Translations under genes and position numbers: made by a program | Notes under the pieces: model-generated | Databases searched by the model: none | What the model saw: the letters and a program-made list of their open reading frames with translations, nothing else | What the model was told of the DNA's origin: nothing | Origin: Verrucomicrobiota bacterium | Lineage (GTDB): Bacteria > Verrucomicrobiota > Verrucomicrobiia > Verrucomicrobiales > V1-33 | Assembly (NCBI GenBank): GCA_039795165.1 | Contig: JBDKER010000003.1 | Coordinates: 32,376 to 96,375 of the forward strand | DNA length: 64,000 nt | Direction of reading: 5' to 3' | Shown: positions 39,692 to 49,605 of the stretch, piece by piece | How positions within the stretch are numbered: position 1 is the first letter of the stretch | Layout of the letters: each line of letters opens with the position of its first letter

Positions 39692-41458
39692 ATGCACAGG
39701 GAATGGAAGCACCGACCGGAGATTGATGGCCTGAGGGCGCTGGCGGTGCTTGGGGTGATTCTGTTTCATCTGGATGCCGGGCTGCTGCCGGGTGGTTTCA
39801 TGGGGGTGGATGTGTTCTTTGTGATTTCCGGCTATCTGGTGGGCTGGGTGTTGCTGGGGGCGGAGGAAGCGGGAGGTGTGAGGCTGGGGGAATTCTGGCA
39901 GCGGCGGGTGGCGCGCATCTGGCCGGCCTTTGGGATGATGCTGTTTGCGGTGCTGGGAGCGGCGGTGCTGCTGTACGATGACTGGGACCGGGCAGCGACG
40001 GGGTCCGCGGCGGCGGCGGCACTCTGTGCGTGGGCGAATCATCATCAGCTTGGCCTTGGCGGATACTTTGCGGTTACGGAGGACACGCAGCCTCTGCTGC
40101 ACTGCTGGTCTCTGGCTGTGGAAGAACAGTTCTATGTGCTGCTGCCGCTTGGCTTCATGGCACTCCGGCACTGCCGCCCGGTCGTCCGGCTGAGGCTGGC
40201 GGTGCTGCTGGCCGCGGTAAGTTTTGCGCTCTGCCAGTGGATGACGGAACGCCATCCGGCCCATGCGTTCTATCTGCTGCCGGCGCGTGCATGGGAACTG
40301 CTTGCCGGAGTCATCATGGCCATGGCGGAAAGCATCCACGGGCCGATGCGGCGCGGACGCGCCCCCGCTGGCTGGCTGGGCCTCGCCATGATCGTAGTGG
40401 TCTTTGCCGCCGGTCGCGGCAGCTGCGGTTTTCCCGGATGGCTGGCGCTCGTGCCGGTCGCGGGAGCCGCCGCGGTGATCAGCGGAAACGGAGCCGGCTG
40501 GGCGGGACGCTTCCTGTCTGCCAAGCCGATGCAGGCGGTGGGCCGCTGGTCGTATTCTCTGTATCTCTGGCACTGGCCGGTCTTCAGCTTCACCGATTAC
40601 CGGATGCTGACGGCGACGGAGGGCACCCGCACTGCCGTGAAACTAATCCTGACGGTGGGCCTCGCACTGGCCTGCCACTACGGAGTCGAGGCTCCCGCGC
40701 GAAACGCCCTGAGGAAGCCCGCCCACCGGAAACAGGCATGGATGCTCGCTGCCGCCCTGCTCATCGCGGGCATCCCTGCCGGGCTTGCCCTCCGGAGCCA
40801 CTTCTACAAGGATGGTGCCGATGCCGCTGACGGCCGACTCGTCTTCCCGGGAACGGGAGCCGCAGACCGCACCATCATGCTGGTCGGCGACAGCCATGCC
40901 ACCATGTACGCCCGCGCCGTGCGCAGCATGGCCGCGGCACAGGGCCGCCGCTTCGTGCTCGTCTCCGAGGCCGGCGGCGACCCCCTCACCCCGGGACCAC
41001 TCAACGACCGCGTGACCGCCACCATCGCCACCGAGAAACCCGAGGTCGTCATGCTTGCCTGCCACTGGGCTTATAAACTGTCCGCGCAGCCAGAACGCCT
41101 CGCGGCGTTCAATCGGCAGATTCTCGGAAATGCCGGACGACTCATTCTCGTCATGCAGCCACCCCTTCCTCCCCCGGAAGCAGAACGCAGCTCCCTCCGC
41201 CATGGCCAGCTGCCACCCTTCCGCGAAACTTCAGCCGATGCCGCGGCCCGGCTCCATGCCCGCCGCTTTGTGCAGGCCTTCGCCGGTCCACGCATCTCCA
41301 TCATCGACCCCGTTCCCCTCTTCCAGAACCCGGATGGTTCCCTCCGCATCCTCGACAACGATGGCCGCCCAGTCTTCCACGACCGCAATCACCTCACCGC
41401 CCGCGCCACTCTGCTCGTCCGCTCGTTGCTTGAACGTGAATTGCAGGAAAAACCATAA
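39692..41458 (+). CDS. Acyltransferase family 3 with SGNH domain (OafA/OatA-like O-acetyltransferase)
   Basis: DGLRALAV, GVDVFFVISG, HCWSLAVEEQFY, SYSLYLWHWP, GDSHA, DRNHL. Confidence 0.92.
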   Translation: MHREWKHRPEIDGLRALAVLGVILFHLDAGLLPGGFMGVDVFFVISGYLVGWVLLGAEEAGGVRLGEFWQRRVARIWPAFGMMLFAVLGAAVLLYDDWDRAATGSAAAAALCAWANHHQLGLGGYFAVTEDTQPLLHCWSLAVEEQFYVLLPLGFMALRHCRPVVRLRLAVLLAAVSFALCQWMTERHPAHAFYLLPARAWELLAGVIMAMAESIHGPMRRGRAPAGWLGLAMIVVVFAAGRGSCGFPGWLALVPVAGAAAVISGNGAGWAGRFLSAKPMQAVGRWSYSLYLWHWPVFSFTDYRMLTATEGTRTAVKLILTVGLALACHYGVEAPARNALRKPAHRKQAWMLAAALLIAGIPAGLALRSHFYKDGADAADGRLVFPGTGAADRTIMLVGDSHATMYARAVRSMAAAQGRRFVLVSEAGGDPLTPGPLNDRVTATIATEKPEVVMLACHWAYKLSAQPERLAAFNRQILGNAGRLILVMQPPLPPPEAERSSLRHGQLPPFRETSADAAARLHARRFVQAFAGPRISIIDPVPLFQNPDGSLRILDNDGRPVFHDRNHLTARATLLVRSLLERELQEKP

Positions 41459-41589
41459 ATTCCACAACAAGGCAGGGGGGAATCTGCCCGCTTTCCCTCG
41501 GACGCGGAAACGGCCTTCACAAAAGATTGGTTGCCCGCCCTGCCACGGTGTTTCATGATATCCGCCACTCCTCAAACCCTACCCTCTTC

Positions 41590-42750
41590 ATGAACGAATC
41601 GAATGACCCCAAATCTGCCCGGAGCGGCCGCCTCGCCCTCGGAGCCAGCGGAGTTCTGCTTGCCGCCCTCGGCGTTTCCCAGACGCAGAACCAGAACGTC
41701 ACCACCATCAACAACAGCCTGACCGCCCGGAATGGTGAACTCGTGCGCGACCTCGGCACGGAAAAGGAAACCACCACGCGGCTCACCGGTGAACTTGGCA
41801 CCACCCAGAAGGAAGTGGCCCGCCTCAATGCCTCCGTGAACGAACTCTCGGGATCGGTCGCCCAGCTCAACGGGGTCGTCAGCGAGCGTGACAAAGCCAT
41901 TGCCTCCCTTGATGGCAAGCTGGCCGATGCCATGCAGACCCTTGCGAAAACTTCTTCCGATCTCGACGCCAGCCGCGGCCGCGAAAAGAATCTCACGGAA
42001 CAGCTGACCCTCGCGGAACGCCGCGAAGTTGCTCTCAAAACCGATGTCGCCGCCGGCATGGACCGCGAGAAGTCAATGAAGTCGACCATTGAGAGCCTCG
42101 AGAAGGCCAAGGGCGACCTCAATGTTGCCCTCGATACCCGCGGCAAGCAGCTGGCCGACGCCGCGGCCCGCGAAGCTTCCCTCAAGACGGAAATCACGGC
42201 CGCCATGGACCGCGAGAACAGCATGAAGGGCAGCATGGCCGCTCTCGAAAAGGAGAAGACGGACCTCGCCAATGCGATCAGCACCCGCTCGGCGGAACTC
42301 GGTGAACTCAAGAAAGGCCTCGAAGACCTCAACAAGGCGTATTCGGATCAGCAGTCGCTTAACAGCAACCTCGCAAAGAACAATGAGGCCCTTGCGAAGG
42401 AAAAGGCGGAACTCATGTCCGCCCGCGAGAACCTTCAGAAGCAGATCGACGACCTGAGCGCCCGCCTCAAAGCCCTTACGGAGCAGAACAAGGATCAGCA
42501 GAACGCCATGGATCAACTCCGCCAGGAACGCGATTCCCTTGCGGCTGAACAGAAGATCCTCACCGTCCGCGCCGAGAGTGCCGAACAGGAAAAGGGCATG
42601 GCCAGATCGGAGCGTGACCAGTTTCAGCAGGCCTGCACCGATCTCGTGGGTCGGCTTGAATCACTCACACAGAAGGTACGTGTGCTCGAACAGGATTTCG
42701 CTTCGCTGAGCGGAGTCGGAGAAACGCCGATCACGACGAACGCTCAGTGA
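41590..42750 (+). CDS. Membrane-anchored long coiled-coil protein
   Basis: N-terminal hydrophobic LALGASGVLLAALGV followed by about 350 aa of continuous heptad pattern with no internal Pro. Confidence 0.8.
   Translation: MNESNDPKSARSGRLALGASGVLLAALGVSQTQNQNVTTINNSLTARNGELVRDLGTEKETTTRLTGELGTTQKEVARLNASVNELSGSVAQLNGVVSERDKAIASLDGKLADAMQTLAKTSSDLDASRGREKNLTEQLTLAERREVALKTDVAAGMDREKSMKSTIESLEKAKGDLNVALDTRGKQLADAAAREASLKTEITAAMDRENSMKGSMAALEKEKTDLANAISTRSAELGELKKGLEDLNKAYSDQQSLNSNLAKNNEALAKEKAELMSARENLQKQIDDLSARLKALTEQNKDQQNAMDQLRQERDSLAAEQKILTVRAESAEQEKGMARSERDQFQQACTDLVGRLESLTQKVRVLEQDFASLSGVGETPITTNAQ
42022..42315 (+). repeat. Tandem 147-bp (49-aa, seven-heptad) internal duplication
   Basis: REVALKTDVAAGMDREKSMKSTIESLEKAKGDL versus REASLKTEITAAMDRENSMKGSMAALEKEKTDL. 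Confidence 0.8.
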
Positions 42751-42761
42751 TTCCTCCGATT

Positions 42762-42789
42762 CTGGAGCGCAGAGGTTACTGCGCTTCAG
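42762..42789. terminator. Hairpin downstream of coiled-coil gene
   Basis: CTGGAGCGCAG-aggtta-CTGCGCTTCAG; no clear U tract. Confidence 0.45.
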
Positions 42790-42887
42790 TGACGGGAGGT
42801 CCGTCCCGCTGATTCCTGTACCGTCACGGTTCGCAGGAAACCGTTGCGTTGTCGCTCAATCTGCTGGGCCGGGCCGATGATTCCGCC

Positions 42888-44489
42888 ATGAAGCTTCGCC
42901 GCCGGCACCTGCTCCAGCGCCTCGGTTCCGATGTGGCTCTGCTCGCGAAAACCGCCGCCGCGGTGGTCGTGACCGGGATGTTGCTGGCATGGCTGGTGGC
43001 GGTGCCGCCGGAAGCTGGGATTTTTCCGGATGGCGAGGATTCACCCCATTCATTCAAGGTGGCCTCGCGTGAGGACATCCCCAAGCTGCTCGACAGGATC
43101 CGGTTTCTGTCGGCAGCACACCGCGAGGTGGTTGGCTCGGAAGATACGGCCAACCCGCTGGATCCAGACCACGGCCGCCCGGCTTTTGCCGGCTTTGCGG
43201 TCGATTCGCTCGATCTGCCAGCCGCCGAGGTGAACCTCCTTACGGATTATCTCAACGCCTTCCGTGGTGGCCGCCCTCCCCGCGAAATGACGGCAAGGTT
43301 TCTGCAGCCGGCCACGCGGATTCCGCCGTCCGCGGATAAGGCGCTGGCCGCTGCGGTGGCGGGTGATGTGCTCCGGCATGCAGGAGAGTACGAGGCCGCC
43401 CTGCAGAGCTACGACGAGGGGGCTGCCATGGAAAATGCCTGTGCGGTCTACTGCCGCCGCCGGGCCCTCGAACTATGTGCCGACAAACTCTGGAAGGACC
43501 AGCTCCGCTCCCGGTACCATCGGCCCGGGTGGCCGGAATCGCTCGCGGATGAATCTTCCTTCGCAGAGACCGACCGCATCATTGTCGCCGCGGGCGACTG
43601 GCGCGGTCTCCTGCGCCATGCATGGAGTCATTTCCGCAGCGGTCTCGCCCGGCCTCAGTGGCTCGCTCTCACCCTTGTCATGGCCGCAGTCTGGCTCGTC
43701 ACCATCGGGCTGGTCTGCGGGATCCGCCGCGCCGGCTGGCTGCTCTGCTTCCTCGCTCTCGTCACCGGTGCTCTCGGTGTCGTGCCCATCCTCATGATGG
43801 TCGTACTCCAGAACCGGCTCTCGAGCCTGCAGGAAAATGGAACGGCTCTCAACGACCTCATCTTCTACACAAGCGGAGTCGGCCTGCGCGAGGAACTCGG
43901 GAAACTGATCGCCTTCCTGCCGCTCCTGCCGTTCCTGCGGCGCGCGACGCCGGGGACGTGTTTCGCCGTCGCCTCCTGCTGCGGGCTTGGCTTCGCCGTC
44001 GCCGAAAACCTTTCGTACCTCTCGGCAAGCATGGGCCTCGCTGCCCTTCCGCGCTTTCTGACGGCCAATTTCCTGCACCTCGCCCTCACCGGGCTCTGCG
44101 GCGGATACCTCTGCCTTGCCCTCCGCTGGTCCCGCTCGTTCTTCCACCAGTTCAGCACGGTCCTCCTCGGTTCCGTGCTCGCCCATGGCATCTACGACTG
44201 GTCCATCAGCGGTGCCTCAGGCCCCGAAGGAAGCGCCATCCATTTCTTCTGCTTCCTCGCCATCGCATGGCATTACTTCCAGAGCCTCCACCGCTTCTCG
44301 GATCGCTCGGCGTCCGAAGTCCAACCGGAAGCCATCTGGGTCATGGGCGTCGCCTTCCTCTCCGCCGCTCTCATGATCGTCACCGCAAGGCAATCCGGAT
44401 TCGCTTCCGCCATGGACGCCGTCATCCCCACGGCCGGCAGCCTCTTCGCCACCGCTGCCCTCATGATCTGGAAAATCCGGCATTCCTGA
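42888..44489 (+). CDS. PrsW-family glutamic intramembrane protease with N-terminal TPR-like extension
   Basis: EELGK (EExxK), GLGFAVAEN (FxxxE), NFLH, HGIYD; helical AGDVLRHAGEYEAALQSY segment. Confidence 0.82.
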   Translation: MKLRRRHLLQRLGSDVALLAKTAAAVVVTGMLLAWLVAVPPEAGIFPDGEDSPHSFKVASREDIPKLLDRIRFLSAAHREVVGSEDTANPLDPDHGRPAFAGFAVDSLDLPAAEVNLLTDYLNAFRGGRPPREMTARFLQPATRIPPSADKALAAAVAGDVLRHAGEYEAALQSYDEGAAMENACAVYCRRRALELCADKLWKDQLRSRYHRPGWPESLADESSFAETDRIIVAAGDWRGLLRHAWSHFRSGLARPQWLALTLVMAAVWLVTIGLVCGIRRAGWLLCFLALVTGALGVVPILMMVVLQNRLSSLQENGTALNDLIFYTSGVGLREELGKLIAFLPLLPFLRRATPGTCFAVASCCGLGFAVAENLSYLSASMGLAALPRFLTANFLHLALTGLCGGYLCLALRWSRSFFHQFSTVLLGSVLAHGIYDWSISGASGPEGSAIHFFCFLAIAWHYFQSLHRFSDRSASEVQPEAIWVMGVAFLSAALMIVTARQSGFASAMDAVIPTAGSLFATAALMIWKIRHS

Positions 44490-44677
44490 CCGCAGGCGCA
44501 AAAAGGCAGACCTGAACTAACTGCCTGCCTTCCTTCGTCCTCCGGGGATTCGGGTCATTGAAGCTCAATCCCGATCCGCATCCAGCCATCCCTTGGAGCC
44601 CCCGGAAAACCGGGCATTCCGCAAGTGCCAAGCCGTGTGAGCGACAAACGGACAGACCTCTTGCCGGAATGCGCCAC

Positions 44678-44956
44678 GGGGGCACAGGCGTCCCGCCTGT
44701 CGCTTCCGGCTTCCCGCGGAAAAGCATCGAATCCGCCTCGTCGCCAGCCACCGACGACAGAAGGCGACGACAGAAGGCCAGACCATTTCGCTTCGACGGA
44801 ACCAGCGCGTCCCCAACGGGGACCGAGAGGACAGCCTGGGGCTGAGCGCCGCGATGCCCCAGGTAACTGAGCAACCCTATTCGAGGCGCCCTGAGGGGGC
44901 GCGAGAGTCGTGCGGTCACTAGAAAAGAGTACGGTAAAGGGACAGACCACTTTTTC
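44678..44956. repeat. Composite cluster of REP/MITE-like short palindromes
   Basis: ACAGGCG-tcc-CGCCTGT (44684-44700); 2x CGACGACAGAAGG (44752-44777); GTCCCC-aac-GGGGAC (44809-44823); CCTGGGGC...GCCCCAGG (44835-44863); GCGCCC-tgagg-GGGCGC (44886-44902); AAAGGGACAGACCACTTTT. Confidence 0.6.
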
Positions 44957-45088
44957 CCGACCTCTTCTTTTCGCTTCTGCGGCGGTCTTCTGCGCTGATG
45001 TCGTGGGCCAAGTCGGCCCAGGGGTGCAGGAGCAACGGGTGAGGAATTCCGTGTGGAACCCTGTTCCGGGCTCCCTGGAGGAGGGCGC

Positions 45089-45123
45089 AAAAAAGGGGTC
45101 GGTGCCGCCATGGCACCGACCCC
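45089..45123 (-). terminator. Intrinsic terminator of the beta-barrel gene
   Basis: GGGGTCGGTGCC-gccat-GGCACCGACCCC with an A6 run on its left (U6 on the minus strand). Confidence 0.85.
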
Positions 45124-45166
45124 ATGATTCTGTGCAGATTCCGGTTTGGCCGGAGGCTGCTTGTGC

Positions 45167-45802
45167 TTAGTAGCGGAGACGGACGCCGGCGTTCACCGTT
45201 GTCTCGTTCTTCCCGGCGCTGATGCCGGCGGCGAGGTCCCAGTTCGGAGTGATTCCGAAGTAGAGACGGCCAAAGCCAGCCCACTCGTTGGTGATGTCGG
45301 CGTTGGTCCAGGCAGCGCCGGCGTGCGCTTCGAAGTTGCCCCAGCGGCCACGGAAGTGCGGACGGACATAGAGGCTCGATTCATCATCCGATCCGATCGG
45401 ACTGTTGTCGAAACCGTAGAAGGCAGCGCCCACTTCGGTGACAAAGTGAATGTTGCTGGTCAGCGGGATGTAGCCACCGAGGCCGACGTTTGCGGTCCAG
45501 AGGTCAGCGGAATCACGGGCCGTATCCACCTGCTGCCAGCTGCCGCCAGCTGTAATGTACAGGCTCTGCACGGGTGAATAGCTCAGGTTCAGACCAACTC
45601 CATCGCTTGAATCGAGACCAACGACGTCCCATTCGGTGTGCAGCCAGTTCACTTCGAGCAGGTTGTAGGAAATGTCGCTGGCCACGGGGGCCACTGGGCC
45701 ACCACCGACGGCCGGACCGCCGTAGGAAGCATCAGTACCGGCATGGGCCGTCATGGCAGCGGTGGCAAGGGCGCCAAGGGAGAGAATCAGAGTTGTTTTC
45801 AT
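45167..45802 (-). CDS. Small outer-membrane beta-barrel protein
   Basis: Signal peptide; alternating amphipathic strands; C-terminal NAGVRLRY beta-signal. Confidence 0.8.
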   Translation of the reverse strand: MKTTLILSLGALATAAMTAHAGTDASYGGPAVGGGPVAPVASDISYNLLEVNWLHTEWDVVGLDSSDGVGLNLSYSPVQSLYITAGGSWQQVDTARDSADLWTANVGLGGYIPLTSNIHFVTEVGAAFYGFDNSPIGSDDESSLYVRPHFRGRWGNFEAHAGAAWTNADITNEWAGFGRLYFGITPNWDLAAGISAGKNETTVNAGVRLRY

Positions 45803-46229
45803 AAGGGTTTTCAGGAGGCGTTTTGGTTTGGTTGGATGACCTCGGCCATCAGAGCCGCGGCTTCAGTCCCCATGTAAGAAAACCATCCCGCATGAGCAGG
45901 AGGAAATCATTCCATGGATCCCGATAATCAATAAATACGAGATTTTTTGGAAATATGCAAACAAAGTTTGCGAGAGGTCTGCGGAGGACTGAAATGGGCG
46001 CACGTGGTGAGCGTGGTGGGATGCGACGGAAGATTCACAGGATTTCCGCTTTCACGATGGGGGGAAGCACGCATGCTGCGCGCCCTTCGGTTCCTGAGGG
46101 TGTGGATTCTTCCATTGCCAGTGAGCTGACGGGACCGGGTTTGCTGCCGGCATGGCGCAGACCATTGGGGGAAACGGATCCGCCGTCCCGGCACATGCCA
46201 CCAATCAATTTTAATCACCGCAGCATTTC

Positions 46230-48059
46230 ATGAACGATCACATCCGCAACATTGCCATCATTGCCCACGTTGACCATGGGAAGACCACCCTGGTTGACAA
46301 ACTCCTGCGGGCCGGGGGTGCCTTCCGGGACAATCAGGTCGTGGAGGAGCGGGCCATGGACAGCATGGATCTTGAGCGGGAGAAGGGGATCACCATCCGT
46401 GCCAAGAATACTTCGGTGCGCTGGGGCGACCGCATCATCAACATTGTGGACACGCCCGGTCACGCGGATTTCGGGGCGGAAGTGGAACGGGTCATGAAGA
46501 TGGTCGATGGCGTTCTCCTTGTGGTTGATGCCTATGAAGGTCCGCAGGCGCAGACCCGTTTTGTGCTGCGCAAGGCGATTCAGGAGGGTCTCAAGCCCAT
46601 CATTGTGATCAACAAGATCGACCGGGAGCATTCGGATCCGGCGGGCATGCACGACAAGGTGCTGGAACTGTTTCTGGAGCTGGATGCGACGGAGGACCAG
46701 TTCGACGCCCCTACGTATTATGGTTCGGCGCGGGATGGTTACTTCAAGGAAAAGCTGAGCGACGAGAACAAGGACATGATGCCCTTGCTCGAGGGGATCT
46801 GGAATCACATTCCGCCGCCGAAGGCTGACCCGCATGGTCCATTCCGCATGCTTGCGAGCAACATTGGGTATGATGACTACGTGGGCCGTATTGCCATGGG
46901 CAAGGTTCTCAGCGGCAAGGCTGCCAAAGGCGATACCCTTTTTCTTCTGCGCAAGGACGGGACCAAAGTGAAGGCCAAGGTGACGCGGATCTTTGAATAT
47001 TCCGCTCTGCAGACTCAGTTCAGCGAGGTGGCCGAGGCCGGGAATATCGTGGGCATTGCTGGATTTGAAGATGTCGACATCGGCGAGACGCTGACGTCAT
47101 CGGAAGAGGATGTCGCTATCACCTTCGTCGACATCGACCCACCGACGATCAGCATGGAGTTCTCGGTGAATGACAGCCCGGGAGCTGGTCGTGAAGGCAA
47201 GTATGTGACCAGCCGCCAGATCCGCGACCGGCTCATGCGGGAAACCAAGACGAACATTTCGATTCACGTGGCGGATACCGATCTTGCGGGTGTCTTCGCG
47301 GTATCGGCGCGGGGAGCCATGCAGATTGCGGTGCTGGTCGAACAGATGCGCCGCGAAGGCTTTGAGCTGCTTGTTTCCCGGCCGAATGTCATCATCCGCC
47401 GCAATGAAGCCGGAGAACGGCAGGAACCGTACGAGACTCTCTACATTGAAGTTCCCGAGGAACACGTCAGCGGCGTTCTCAAGAGCCTCAACGAACGAAA
47501 GGGAACCCTTGTGGACATGAAGCCTCACCGGACTTCCACGCTCATCGAGGCCAACATCACCACCCGTGGACTCATTGGCTTTGAATTCGAACTCATGAAC
47601 ATGACGAGCGGTCACGGTGTCATGAGCCACCTTTTCAAGGAGTATGGTCCGTGGGCCGGCCAGATCGCCACCCGCACCAGCGGTACCCTTGTGAGCATGG
47701 AAACCGGAGTTGGTACTGCCTACAGCCTCGAAGCCTGTGCTGTCCGCGGCAAACTCTTCGTGGCTCCGGGCGATTACATCTATACGGGCATGATCGTCGG
47801 CGAGAACCCGCGTGCCGACGACTTGCCGGTCAATCCCTGCAAGGAAAAGCACCTCACCAACTTCCGCAGCGCAGGATCTGAAAAAGGTGACGGTCTCCCC
47901 CCGCCGCTCAAGTTCTCTCTCGAACGCGCCATCGAATATGTCGCGTCGGACGAACTCGTCGAGGCCACTCCGCAGAATATCCGTCTCCGGAAGCGCATTC
48001 TCGACCCCAACGAGCGTCGGCGTATCAAGAAGCAGATGGACACTGCCGGGGCGTCCTGA
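46230..48059 (+). CDS. typA: Translational GTPase TypA/BipA
   Basis: [49 protein letters not shown]. Confidence 0.96.
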   Translation: MNDHIRNIAIIAHVDHGKTTLVDKLLRAGGAFRDNQVVEERAMDSMDLEREKGITIRAKNTSVRWGDRIINIVDTPGHADFGAEVERVMKMVDGVLLVVDAYEGPQAQTRFVLRKAIQEGLKPIIVINKIDREHSDPAGMHDKVLELFLELDATEDQFDAPTYYGSARDGYFKEKLSDENKDMMPLLEGIWNHIPPPKADPHGPFRMLASNIGYDDYVGRIAMGKVLSGKAAKGDTLFLLRKDGTKVKAKVTRIFEYSALQTQFSEVAEAGNIVGIAGFEDVDIGETLTSSEEDVAITFVDIDPPTISMEFSVNDSPGAGREGKYVTSRQIRDRLMRETKTNISIHVADTDLAGVFAVSARGAMQIAVLVEQMRREGFELLVSRPNVIIRRNEAGERQEPYETLYIEVPEEHVSGVLKSLNERKGTLVDMKPHRTSTLIEANITTRGLIGFEFELMNMTSGHGVMSHLFKEYGPWAGQIATRTSGTLVSMETGVGTAYSLEACAVRGKLFVAPGDYIYTGMIVGENPRADDLPVNPCKEKHLTNFRSAGSEKGDGLPPPLKFSLERAIEYVASDELVEATPQNIRLRKRILDPNERRRIKKQMDTAGAS

Positions 48060-48090
48060 GTCACAGCATCAGAGGGATCTGGCGAGTTCT

Positions 48091-48126
48091 GCAAAGGGTT
48101 TTCCGGGCAGCCGGGAAACCCTTTGC
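48091..48126 (+). terminator. Hairpin downstream of typA
   Basis: GCAAAGGGTTTTCCGG-gcag-CCGGGAAACCCTTTGC. Confidence 0.6.
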
Positions 48127-48170
48127 CGTGTCTGCAGTCGGGCATTTATGCTGACGCCGCATGAAATGCG

Positions 48171-48803
48171 ATGATTCCGATGTCAGGGACCCGGAAAGAA
48201 TACGTTGAGCATCCCCGCTATGGTGCCGCGCCCCGCTTGACCGGGCTGGATGCGGACATGGACAGCATGGAGGTGCATCTTCATTACCGCCTGTGCGCCT
48301 TCACGAAGCCGCTGCTGGAGGCGTTTCGCCGCGGAGGATGGGGGATTCCGCAGCCAAGGGACGACGGTCCCAGACTCATTCCCGGGACGGCGATAGCGGC
48401 CGATCTGACGCGGCAGAGCGCGGCCACTGTGCCGGTGACGCACTACTACGATGAAGAGAGGCGGTGCCTTGATTGCCGCCGCTGGTTTCTCTTTTTCGCG
48501 GAGGAACAGCGATTCTGGTACGAGGAACTGCGGTTTCCGATCGAAGCCGACTGCGTGCGCTGCCATCCCTGCAGGCGAGTCGAGCGGGAAAGGCAGCGGA
48601 CGAAGCAGGAGTACGACGATCTGATGACCCTTGCGGAGCCCACGCCTGATGAAATGGCCCGCATGGCCTTCGCCCGGATCCTCCTTGTGGAGGCCGGCAG
48701 CTTTCACCCCCGCCAGCTGGAGCATGTCCGCGCCTTCCTGCGGCGTCATCCAGACCATGAACAGGCAGCGGCTCTCAAGTCGAGGATGGAGCAGTCCGCG
48801 TAA
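48171..48803 (+). CDS. Zinc-ribbon (zf-trcl-like) domain protein
   Basis: CLDC..FLF.AEEQRFWYE...RCHPCRR; start uncertain. Confidence 0.75.
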   Translation: MIPMSGTRKEYVEHPRYGAAPRLTGLDADMDSMEVHLHYRLCAFTKPLLEAFRRGGWGIPQPRDDGPRLIPGTAIAADLTRQSAATVPVTHYYDEERRCLDCRRWFLFFAEEQRFWYEELRFPIEADCVRCHPCRRVERERQRTKQEYDDLMTLAEPTPDEMARMAFARILLVEAGSFHPRQLEHVRAFLRRHPDHEQAAALKSRMEQSA

Positions 48804-48922
48804 TCCAGCTCAGAACGGGCGGAAGCCATGGGGCACGACCGAGCCCGTTTCGGCAGACGCAGCGGCAGCGTGGCCTTATCCATGAGGCACGTTTCCACGC
48901 GGCTGACCACGCCGCCGCGGCA

Positions 48923-49597
48923 TCACTGTTTTCCGAGGGCGGCGCGGATGTCGTCGATAGTGGCCGGGTCGTCGGCGGGACGGCTCATGACCATGGAGGT
49001 GACTTTTTCCGAGGCTGCCTTGCCGGCATTGACCATTTTGGGTTCCGTGAGCCTTGGGTTGTCGGCCTTCTGGGCTGGGTAGAAGTCGCGGGTGGTGGTC
49101 ATGCGCGAGCCATCGCGGTATTCGCCCGTCCTGGCGAGCCGACCGTCTTCGCGGCTGGCCGGGGTGGAGAGGGAGCGGGAACCCTCGCGGTAGGACTGAC
49201 CGGATTCGCGCGCGGCCCCGGATTCCCGGGCGGATGTTCCGTTGAAGCGGGATGACATACGCTGGAGGAAGGACTGTTTTTCCGCTCGGCTGAAGTCGCG
49301 GGTGCCGCTGTAGCGCCGGGTGACGAAATCGCGGGTCTGCGTGAATTCCTTCATGTGTTTCTCCGCCGTGCTGCCGGAAAACATCTTGCCGCTGAGGGCG
49401 TTGAGACCGCCGCTCTTATTGTCCTGGTAGCCGAAGGGGTCGGCTGCCTGGAAGCGGGAATTGGGATCCACTTCCGAACCGCCGAACGACTGCGAGAGGC
49501 TCGTCTTGGTGGGTCCGGCCACGACCGTCCGTTCCGTGCGGCAGCAGGGGAGCAGCAGCAGGGACAGAGCCAGGAATGCGGTGGTGGCTGGATGCAT
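48923..49597 (-). CDS. Hypothetical lipoprotein
   Basis: Lipobox-like LLPCC after a hydrophobic leader; Ser/Arg/Gly-rich body. Confidence 0.6.
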   Translation of the reverse strand: MHPATTAFLALSLLLLPCCRTERTVVAGPTKTSLSQSFGGSEVDPNSRFQAADPFGYQDNKSGGLNALSGKMFSGSTAEKHMKEFTQTRDFVTRRYSGTRDFSRAEKQSFLQRMSSRFNGTSARESGAARESGQSYREGSRSLSTPASREDGRLARTGEYRDGSRMTTTRDFYPAQKADNPRLTEPKMVNAGKAASEKVTSMVMSRPADDPATIDDIRAALGKQ

Positions 49598-49605
49598 CGC
49601 GGGGG

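Noticed and set aside
39557-40573. Apparent 339-aa N-terminal extension of the GbsR-family ORF
   Set aside because: It is antisense to the acyltransferase; family similarity starts at MENLTP, and an operator-like palindrome sits just before that ATG.
44461-45111. 216-aa and 131-aa ORFs in the PrsW/beta-barrel gap
   Set aside because: They translate through palindromic repeats and a terminator, with no protein-like composition or transposase motifs.
46000-46229. Possible riboswitch or ncRNA upstream of typA
   Set aside because: No conserved riboswitch core was recognised by eye; an Rfam/Infernal scan would be needed.
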